The notes under the pieces were generated by a model. The model was not told where the DNA came from. It saw nothing but the letters and a program-made list of their open reading frames with translations, and searched no databases. From Thermoplasmata archaeon (GTDB lineage Archaea > Thermoplasmatota > Thermoplasmata > Lutacidiplasmatales > UBA184), in the NCBI GenBank assembly GCA_028864975.1, contig JAGWLG010000031.1:1-42304 (forward strand): a stretch of 42,304 nucleotides of DNA. Reading direction: 5' to 3'. Every line of letters starts with the position of its first letter. Position 1 is the stretch's first letter. Below, in pieces: positions 32,278 to 42,304 of the stretch. Made by a program: the position numbers and the translations under genes.

Positions 32278-35200
32278 TCAGTTCTCCTCGTCGACGCTGA
32301 TCTTCGAGGAGGATAGAAGGCGGACGATCTTGGCCCCTTCCTCGAGCTGACGCCGCTCGTTGACCTGGACGTTGTCGGGATTGAGATGGACGAGCACGGC
32401 CCCCCGCGTCTCCTCCCCGACCTCCCTCGCGACCTCGATCAGCCGAACCGCGCTGCGAAGACCCGCACTATCGATGATCCGTTCGATCCCCCGGAGGACC
32501 ACGGCACGGCCGGAGCCCTTCGAGAAGTGGCGCTCGATGAGGTCCCCCATCCGGTCCACATCCCCGGGAGCGAGGTTCTCCTCCCCCTCCGTTCGCGAGA
32601 TGCGCCAGAGCGTCGCCCCCACCAGCCCGTAGGTGGCCGCGATGGACCCCGGGGCCTCCAGCGAGAAGACCAGGAGCTTCGTGCGGTCCAGCCCGCTCCC
32701 TGCGACCATCTCCCAGAACGACGCGGGGTCCTTCGCCTCCACGACGGTCAGCGGGACCATGGGCCATGCGGGGCCCTTCGGCTTGACGCTGAGCTTGGGC
32801 GTGGACGCGGGGGCGGCCGAGGCCGCGGTCGGAGCGGCCTTCACCGAGGAGGGGGCCCGAGCCGCAGGGGGCGACACCGAGGGCTTGGGGGGAGGTGAGA
32901 CCGCGGGCAGGGGGGTGGCGGAAGTTCGCACCGGCGCCGGCGAGCGCTCCGCCGGGGGCTCCTCGACCCAGGTCTCCTCGCGTCCGGGCTCCTCGGTCCC
33001 TTCGTCATAGGGCGCAGGCTCGGTCGTGGCGGCGGCCGCGGGAGCCGCTCCGGCTGCGGCGGAGGGACCCGATGTAGGGAGGGTCTCCGACGCTGCGATC
33101 GTGGGTGAGGGAGAGAGGGAGGGGGAAGGGGACGGCCCCGCGTTCGCCGCCGAAGCCCCAACGGGTTCCGGAGCGGATGCGACGGTCGACGGGGAAGGGG
33201 CTACGCCCTCACCGCCGAGCGATGTGGCTGGCTTGGAATCGGGGGTCCGTGGGAGTGCGGCCCGGGCGGACCGGCGTCTGCGAAGGTAGAGGATCCCCAG
33301 GAGCGCGACCACGATGATCAACACGAGCAGAAGCAGGAGCCCCAGGGCTCCCAGGCCTTTCGAGGTGGGACCGGCGGACGTGGGGGCGTTGACGACGACC
33401 TGAACGGGCGTGCTCGTCGCCGTTCGCGAGGCCGAATCGGTCACGACGACCACGAAGTGGTACGTTCCGGAATGGACCAACGTCACCACGCACTGGAACG
33501 AGGTCGTGGCGCAGCCTCCCACCGTGACGAAACTGCCGGTCCCCGTACCGTTCACTTGGAAGAGGTAGGAGTAGGGCGCGCTGCCTCCCGTGGCCGAGGC
33601 GGTCAAGGAGACCGAGTCCCCCGCCTTTATCGAGCTGGAGCCCGGGGTGAGGGCGGCGACCAAGGGGGTCCCTTGACCTGGCGCGTAGGCGACCGTCACG
33701 GAGACCGGGGAGGACCGCGCAACGGCTCCCGCACCGTCGGTGACCCACGCGACATACTGGTAGACCCCGCCGTTCTGGACCACGAGAGAGAACGAAGAGG
33801 CGGACCGGGGGGTCGAGGTCAGGTTGACGTAGCCTCCACCGCCTCCCGAGGCGTTCACGGCCCAGGCATACTCGTAGGCGGGGCTGCCGCCCGAGGCGCT
33901 GGCGTTGAGCCAGAGCATCTGGACGGTGGTGACGTGGGTCGAGCTCACGCTCAGCGTGGCCAACAGCGGCGGCGCACGGTCGCTCCACACCACGTTCACG
34001 GTGGCCCGTGCCGAAGCGAACTCGGCGGGAGCGCTCGAGTCCGTGACGTTGACGGTCAGGAAGTAGCTGCCACCGTGCGAGGGCGCCCACAGGGTGATAG
34101 AGGCGGTCGAGCCCTTGACGAACCCGGTCCCGTTCAAGCTCCAATTGAACAGGAACGGAGCGGTCCCGTTCCCCACCGTCGCCGTCGCGGTCTCGGACGT
34201 GCCATTTTGGAGGGGCCCCGATGGTAGAGCGACCGAGACCGTGAGGGGAGAGGAGGAGGTCGCGTTCGGCAGGACGAAGATCGCTCCGGGCACCGTCGCG
34301 TTGACCTGCTCTTCGTCCGTCGCGGTGACGTTGAGGTGGATCGTCCCTGCGCCGTGAGGGTAGAACCACTCCACCACGCAGTCGCATGCGGGAGGGCTGT
34401 TGTTCACGGACCAGGCCAGGGAGTATCCGAGGTTCTGGGGGCTGGGGCTCACCGTCGCGTTGCCGCCCCAGGGGCCTGCCGTGACGCTGACCGCGGTCCC
34501 AGGGTGGACATCGTTCGCGCTGTAGGAGAGCGAGAGGCCCAACGGTCGGTCGATCTCGATCGTGGCCCGGTCCGTCGCGCGGGAGGTCCCGCTCTGGTCC
34601 GTGACGTTCAGGATGGCGGTGTAGTTGCCCGCGCTCGAGTACGCGTGGATCGGGTTCTCGGTCGCGGCCGAGGTCCCGTCGCCGAAGTCCCAGTGCCACA
34701 CGTACGCTGGCGTGCCGTTCTCGGCGGTGCCATTGAACGGGACGTTCCGTCCGATGTCGGTCCGAACGATGAGCGCCGTGGCGGAGGCCGCGAGGGGGCC
34801 CGTCGCGTTGACGTAGGTGTGCGCGGCCACCGACTGCGAGGAGGCGTTCACCCACCCCCAGGGGACATAGTTGCCCGGGGCAGCGTAGGTGTGAGGGAAG
34901 GCCAGGGAGGCGTTCATGAACACCGTCGAGAGCGTGCACGGGCTCCCGTCGCCGAAGCAGACCTGCCCCGAAGGTTGCGAGGGGGGAGTCCCCGAGAAGC
35001 TCAGGTAGAGGTTCACCGAGAGCGGAGCGGACCCGGAGGAGGGGGACGCGGAGAGGTAGGCGGAGTACGAGATGGGCTGGACGAAGAGGGTCGTGTTGAT
35101 GCCGCCCAGGGCCCCGTTCTGGTCGCGCACGTAGAGCGTGATGGTGTAGGACCCTGAGGCGCCTGGCGTCCAGCTCGTGTTCTCGGTCGAGCCGATAGGG

Positions 35201-36567
35201 TTCCCATTCTCGTACCAGGTCCACGAAGTGTAGGGCGGGACCCCCCCGGTCGCGTTGCCGTAGAGGTGCTCGAGCACCCCGGGGCTTCCCGGGTTGGGGC
35301 GGAAGTTCACGGCCGGGACGATCTTGGGGGGGGGCGAGAGCGTCCAGGTGTCGCCGAGCGGACAGCCCGCCGCGCTGCATCCCCCGTACAGCAGCAGGTA
35401 GCCGTCGCTGGCATCGAAGCTCAGGGCCGTCCCGCCACGGGCGGAAGGCGAGCTCGGGTCGAAGAGCCGGAGCCAGGAGCCGCCCTTGTAGAGCCACGTG
35501 TCGTGCACGTAGGTCGTGCAGCCGCTACCGCTTGCCGCCGTGCACCCACCGAAGAGCACGTCGCCCCCCGCTGGGGTGTCCCAGGCGAGGCCTTCGTCGA
35601 ACCGCGGAGCGGTCGGGGGTCCGGGGTGGGACTTCCACTGGTACGTGGAGGCGTAGAACGTCCAGCTCCCGTTCTGCAGCGAGCAGGAGCTGGCGACGCA
35701 GCTGATGCCGTCGACCAGCAGAAGGTCGCTGCCGCTGGAGTTGTTGGTGAAGCCTGACCTCCAGAGGGCGGGCGGAGGAGCGCCGGTCACCGAGGAGGTG
35801 ACGTTCTGCCACTGGCCGCTCGTGAACACCCAGGTGTCGGAATCCGAAGTGATGCACGAGCCGGTCCACAGGTGGTCGCATCCTCCGTAGAGCACGACAT
35901 CCCCCGAGGAGGTGTCGAAAGCGGCCGACGCGAAGTACCTCGGAGAGGGGGATGGGACCTGGGCCGCGCTCAAGTTCTCCCAGGTCTGGTTCCCCGGCCA
36001 GTAGACGTACGTCGAGGCGGACAGGGCGGCGGGGGAGCGGGAAGCGTTGAGGCCCCCGAAGAGGAGGAACCCTCCCAGCGAGGGGTCGTCGAGCATCGAC
36101 GCCCCCACCAGGTAGGCGGGGTCGCGCCGCGAGTAGATCTGGGACCAGGTCGAGCTCGTGTAGGCCCAGGTGGGGCCGCTGACCGCGCTGCCATGGCTCC
36201 CGCCTTGAAGGACCACCTTCGCGGGACCGGCGGTGGGGGGCGTCCACGCCGTGCCAGCGTAGGCTCGAGGTCCCGGCGAGCCCGAGACCTGGGAGGTGAT
36301 GTTGGTCCAGACCCAAGGACAGGGGCAGCTCCCCCACCCGCCGCCCCCCGCGCCGCTGACGGTCGGGAGCTGCTTGGAGGTCATGGCGGGAGCCATGAGC
36401 GAAGGCGAAAGCGAAGGGCCTGGAGCCGAAGGTCGAGCGCTGCCTGAGATAGGATGCGACGGGGGGAGAGGAAGGAGAAGGAAGATGAGCGCGCCGGCCA
36501 GGAGCACCCAGCGGAGGGCGGTCCGAACGCCGCCACGTCGCGTCGGGTCGGCCTGACCCTCACCCAT
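32278..36567 (-). CDS. Surface receptor-like protein: signal peptide, Kelch/galactose-oxidase propeller, PKD/Ig repeats, TM helix, Pro-rich linker, DUF835
   Basis: Repeated PSxR...LFGG...DTW Kelch units; WDFGDG...HxY PKD motifs; TM LGALGLLLLLVLIIVVALLGILYL-RRRR; C-terminal LWRISRTEG...VVLRGIERII...ERRQLE (DUF835). Confidence 0.88.
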   Translation of the reverse strand: MGEGQADPTRRGGVRTALRWVLLAGALIFLLLPLPPSHPISGSARPSAPGPSLSPSLMAPAMTSKQLPTVSGAGGGGWGSCPCPWVWTNITSQVSGSPGPRAYAGTAWTPPTAGPAKVVLQGGSHGSAVSGPTWAYTSSTWSQIYSRRDPAYLVGASMLDDPSLGGFLLFGGLNASRSPAALSASTYVYWPGNQTWENLSAAQVPSPSPRYFASAAFDTSSGDVVLYGGCDHLWTGSCITSDSDTWVFTSGQWQNVTSSVTGAPPPALWRSGFTNNSSGSDLLLVDGISCVASSCSLQNGSWTFYASTYQWKSHPGPPTAPRFDEGLAWDTPAGGDVLFGGCTAASGSGCTTYVHDTWLYKGGSWLRLFDPSSPSARGGTALSFDASDGYLLLYGGCSAAGCPLGDTWTLSPPPKIVPAVNFRPNPGSPGVLEHLYGNATGGVPPYTSWTWYENGNPIGSTENTSWTPGASGSYTITLYVRDQNGALGGINTTLFVQPISYSAYLSASPSSGSAPLSVNLYLSFSGTPPSQPSGQVCFGDGSPCTLSTVFMNASLAFPHTYAAPGNYVPWGWVNASSQSVAAHTYVNATGPLAASATALIVRTDIGRNVPFNGTAENGTPAYVWHWDFGDGTSAATENPIHAYSSAGNYTAILNVTDQSGTSRATDRATIEIDRPLGLSLSYSANDVHPGTAVSVTAGPWGGNATVSPSPQNLGYSLAWSVNNSPPACDCVVEWFYPHGAGTIHLNVTATDEEQVNATVPGAIFVLPNATSSSPLTVSVALPSGPLQNGTSETATATVGNGTAPFLFNWSLNGTGFVKGSTASITLWAPSHGGSYFLTVNVTDSSAPAEFASARATVNVVWSDRAPPLLATLSVSSTHVTTVQMLWLNASASGGSPAYEYAWAVNASGGGGGYVNLTSTPRSASSFSLVVQNGGVYQYVAWVTDGAGAVARSSPVSVTVAYAPGQGTPLVAALTPGSSSIKAGDSVSLTASATGGSAPYSYLFQVNGTGTGSFVTVGGCATTSFQCVVTLVHSGTYHFVVVVTDSASRTATSTPVQVVVNAPTSAGPTSKGLGALGLLLLLVLIIVVALLGILYLRRRRSARAALPRTPDSKPATSLGGEGVAPSPSTVASAPEPVGASAANAGPSPSPSLSPSPTIAASETLPTSGPSAAAGAAPAAAATTEPAPYDEGTEEPGREETWVEEPPAERSPAPVRTSATPLPAVSPPPKPSVSPPAARAPSSVKAAPTAASAAPASTPKLSVKPKGPAWPMVPLTVVEAKDPASFWEMVAGSGLDRTKLLVFSLEAPGSIAATYGLVGATLWRISRTEGEENLAPGDVDRMGDLIERHFSKGSGRAVVLRGIERIIDSAGLRSAVRLIEVAREVGEETRGAVLVHLNPDNVQVNERRQLEEGAKIVRLLSSSKISVDEEN

Positions 36568-36619
36568 GCGGGACTATCACGCTGTTGAGGGCTAAAAATG
36601 CCTTCGGAGAGGCCCAGCG

Positions 36620-37096
36620 TCAGCGTCTGGGACGGAGCGGGCGCAGCCGTTGGACCATCGCCACGACGGCGCGGACCGCGCCCCCTGCGCGGTCGACGCG
36701 CGCGAGCGCCTGCTTCCGGGTCTCGCCCGGCCCGGTGATGCCGAGGCCGACGGGCTTCGAGCGAGCGAGCGAGAGCTCCTGGAGCGTCTTCGTGGTCGCG
36801 TACATGATCACCTGGTCGTGGTCGGTCTCGCCCTGGAGCACCGCGCCCAGGGCGACCGCGGCATCCACGTCCTTTCGCGCGAGGAGGCGCTGGACGGCGA
36901 GGGGGATGTCGTAGGTCCCGGGGACCCGGACCGTGGCGACGACGTGCGAACCCAGCTGTCGGGCCTGTCGCCGTGCATCCTCCACCATCCGTTCGAGGAT
37001 CTCCGGATGGTACTCGCTCGCCACAATGGCGAGACGCACGCCGCGACCGTCGAGAGCTTGGGCGGGGGCCGGCCGGTGCGTCCGTGACGGTGGCAA
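36620..37096 (-). CDS. ribH: 6,7-dimethyl-8-ribityllumazine synthase
   Basis: LAIVASEYH, VPGTYDIP, LGAVLQGETDHD, KPVGLGITGP. Confidence 0.95.
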   Translation of the reverse strand: MPPSRTHRPAPAQALDGRGVRLAIVASEYHPEILERMVEDARRQARQLGSHVVATVRVPGTYDIPLAVQRLLARKDVDAAVALGAVLQGETDHDQVIMYATTKTLQELSLARSKPVGLGITGPGETRKQALARVDRAGGAVRAVVAMVQRLRPLRPRR

Positions 37097-37139
37097 GCGC
37101 GACCCTCCTCCCCTGTGCTTCGCCTGCGCGACCCCCAGG

Positions 37140-38808
<1,669 letters not shown>

Positions 38809-38829
38809 GCCGGTACGAGCTTTTCGAAG

Positions 38830-38836
38830 TATATAA
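38830..38836 (-). promoter_or_regulatory. TATA box of the rib operon (likely leaderless transcript)
   Basis: TTATATA on the minus strand about 22 bp upstream of the ribB GTG. Confidence 0.6.
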
Positions 38837-38959
38837 TGAGCGGGTAGTTACCAAAAATGTGGTAGAAAGAAAGGATGACCCGGAAGGGACGGGGAAGGCG
38901 CCAAGACGCGGCTAGCGGTCGTTCCGTCTGAAACGAACGCCTCTGTACGAGACGTTGTT

Positions 38960-40426
<1,467 letters not shown>

Positions 40427-40725
40427 TGTATTTGAGTTTCTTCCGACCACGATCGGTCGGAAGGGTTTGTACAGCTTTCGGACTGACTGCTAACCACATC
40501 GAGACCTTTCGGTCTCGGTCGCGTCTTTTCGCCTTCCCCTGTCGGTCCCGAGAGGGCACCCCGCATCCCTGCGGGGGGTTTCTCGGGGCTCCACGCCCCT
40601 TCCGGGCCATCTGTGGCGCCTCATGGATTCGCCGGTTCACGCATCCCCGGCGTAACGTACGGGCGCCCCGGACGAGCTGGACCCGAAGGTCCCTCGTTCG
40701 GCGAAGCAAATCAGAACGGGCTTCG

Positions 40726-40732
40726 TATTTAA
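40726..40732 (-). promoter_or_regulatory. TATA box of the 16S rRNA transcription unit
   Basis: TTAAATA on the minus strand about 300 bp upstream of the 16S 5' end, overlapping the stop codon of the upstream CDS. Confidence 0.6.
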
Positions 40733-42304
40733 GGGTGCCATGAAGGCCGACGTGCGAGAGGAACATGAGGCCCACGTCGGTCCATCCTCGATCTCTCCTC
40801 GAGGCGGTTCCCACGAACCGAGGAGCGTGGCCGCGGCGGGACACGGTCGAGCCAGAGCCCACCGAGCATGATCGAGACGTACGCCGAGGTGAGCACCAGG
40901 AGGAGCGAGAGCCATGGCGCCCAGGGGGAGAACGGGAGCGTAGGCGCCGGAGGGGACGGAGGGACGTGACCTCCCGACGGATCCGAAGGAGACTGAAGCT
41001 TCCCTCCTCCGGTCGACTGCCCGCCGAGGGCGGTCACCCAGATCGTGAGCGTGTTGCTCACCGCGGTCTTGTTGTCGGTGTCCTCGACGATCAGCTCGGC
41101 GGTAACGTTCCCGGGTGTGGAGAGGGTGGCGCTGATCATGGGAAGGGTCGTCGACGTCATCACCGACCCCAGGGACCAGGTCCATGTGAAAGGCGCCCGC
41201 CCTCCGCTGGCGGAGCCGACCAGGGTCACGTTCTCTCCGGCGGGGAGCTCGGTGCGGTTCGCGAACAGCGCCACCGTGAGAGGCGGCGGCGGAGGGCCTC
41301 CCGACGGCACGGGAAGGATCGAGAATGACCGTACCATGGTGGTTGTCTCGCCCAGAGCGTCGGAGAGCACGGCCCGGATGGTGCAGTTCTCTCCAGGTGC
41401 GGCCGTGTAGTTCCAAAGTCCGAGGGTGTTGGCCATCCAGGTCCCGTTGACGAACCAGTCCACCGCATACGGCCCCCAACCCCCATCGTGCAGGACCGAG
41501 AAGGAGAGAGCGCCACTCCCGAGCAGGGTCGTTCCCGGAGGTACGACAGCCCCGTTCTGGAAGGCGGCCAGGCTCGCGTTCAGGGCGGAGACGGCGTGTA
41601 TCTGGAGGACCGGGATCGAGAAGTTGTGTCCTACGGCGTCCCAGGTCACGAGCGAGACGTTGTACGAGCCCGGGGTGGAGTAGGTGTACCCGACCGGCCC
41701 GACCGAGAGGTTGTTCGAGGAGAGGGAGAGCTTTCCGCCGTCCCCGAATTCGAAGTGGAACTGGAACGGAGCCGTCCCCGCGGAAGCCACGGCCTGAAAC
41801 TGAGGATCGAAGGGCACTTCCCCAACGGTCTCGCTCACGGAGAGGGTGACATTCACCGGGTCGACCCCGAGCACGGTCACGAACGCCGGAGGGAAGGACT
41901 GGGCGGGGGAGAGCTGCGACCCGGCATACGTGACATACTCCATGCTGGTGTACGAGGCGGGTCCGCTCCCCGGGATCGGCTTGCAGGCGTTCGACCAGGG
42001 CCCACCACCCGGACCGGGGGGCAGACACGAGTCCAGCGGGACCTGGAGCTTGAGCAGAGTGTTCGGGTAGTTCGGCTGGGCAATCACGTCAAAGCTCACG
42101 GACCAGCTGTCGCCCAGGTACATCGTGTTGTCCGGCCAAGCCCACCCGACCCCCTGGTTGAGCGAGCCCAACGGGCCGAACTGGGGCGTCGCGCTGCAGG
42201 GCCCGGGGAGCGGGGGGCTCGAGGGAAGGCGCGAGCACTTCACCGTGAACCCCTTCGCGGAGTCGACGGCGAAGTAGGGGGCCGGGATGTAGTTGAACGT
42301 GTCC
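40729..42304 (-). CDS. PKD-domain surface protein with C-terminal TM anchor; 5'-truncated by the window edge
   Basis: Frame stays open to the window end (DTFNYIPAPYF...); FEFGDG...YTYSTPGSYNVSL PKD motifs; TM WLSLLLVLTSAYVSIMLGGLWL. Confidence 0.85.
   Translation of the reverse strand, partial: DTFNYIPAPYFAVDSAKGFTVKCSRLPSSPPLPGPCSATPQFGPLGSLNQGVGWAWPDNTMYLGDSWSVSFDVIAQPNYPNTLLKLQVPLDSCLPPGPGGGPWSNACKPIPGSGPASYTSMEYVTYAGSQLSPAQSFPPAFVTVLGVDPVNVTLSVSETVGEVPFDPQFQAVASAGTAPFQFHFEFGDGGKLSLSSNNLSVGPVGYTYSTPGSYNVSLVTWDAVGHNFSIPVLQIHAVSALNASLAAFQNGAVVPPGTTLLGSGALSFSVLHDGGWGPYAVDWFVNGTWMANTLGLWNYTAAPGENCTIRAVLSDALGETTTMVRSFSILPVPSGGPPPPPLTVALFANRTELPAGENVTLVGSASGGRAPFTWTWSLGSVMTSTTLPMISATLSTPGNVTAELIVEDTDNKTAVSNTLTIWVTALGGQSTGGGKLQSPSDPSGGHVPPSPPAPTLPFSPWAPWLSLLLVLTSAYVSIMLGGLWLDRVPPRPRSSVRGNRLEERSRMDRRGPHVPLARRPSWHP

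Noticed and set aside
33209-35497. 762-aa minus-strand ORF and several plus-strand ORFs inside the Kelch-PKD gene
   Set aside because: Off-frame shadows with no motifs; the 1429-aa frame explains the region.

Overview
GC-rich archaeal window, most likely Thermoplasmatota. The basis is an archaeal 16S rRNA gene with no adjacent 23S, archaeal-type ribB/ribL/ribC/ribH, a DUF835 protein and an intron-bearing tRNA-Trp. It has two parts. (1) About 1-18.3 kb is an accessory/defence island ending at the 3' end of tRNA-Trp. It holds a truncated NACHT/HEAT STAND protein, an apparent operon of a methyltransferase-Mrr-like fusion and a TIR/Zn-ribbon gene, a HEPN protein, a 28-codon PIN remnant coupled to an ASCH gene, and an unknown two-gene module. 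It also holds four different toxin-antitoxin pairs, a kanamycin-nucleotidyltransferase-like gene, a duplicated 81-bp non-coding element, an HTH + Cys-repeat module, a CDC48 N-domain protein without ATPase, and a long Pro-rich protein. (2) About 18.4-42.3 kb is core genome: tRNA-Trp with a guide-RNA-like intron, a methyltransferase, PadR/SHOCT, a topA-creatininase-uvrA-uvrC-HAD-DUF296-SDR run, tRNA-Phe, a Kelch-PKD-TM-DUF835 receptor-like protein, the riboflavin operon, a solo 16S rRNA and a truncated PKD surface protein. No CRISPR array, integrase or intact transposase was seen. All family calls come from motif recognition by eye; no searches were run.
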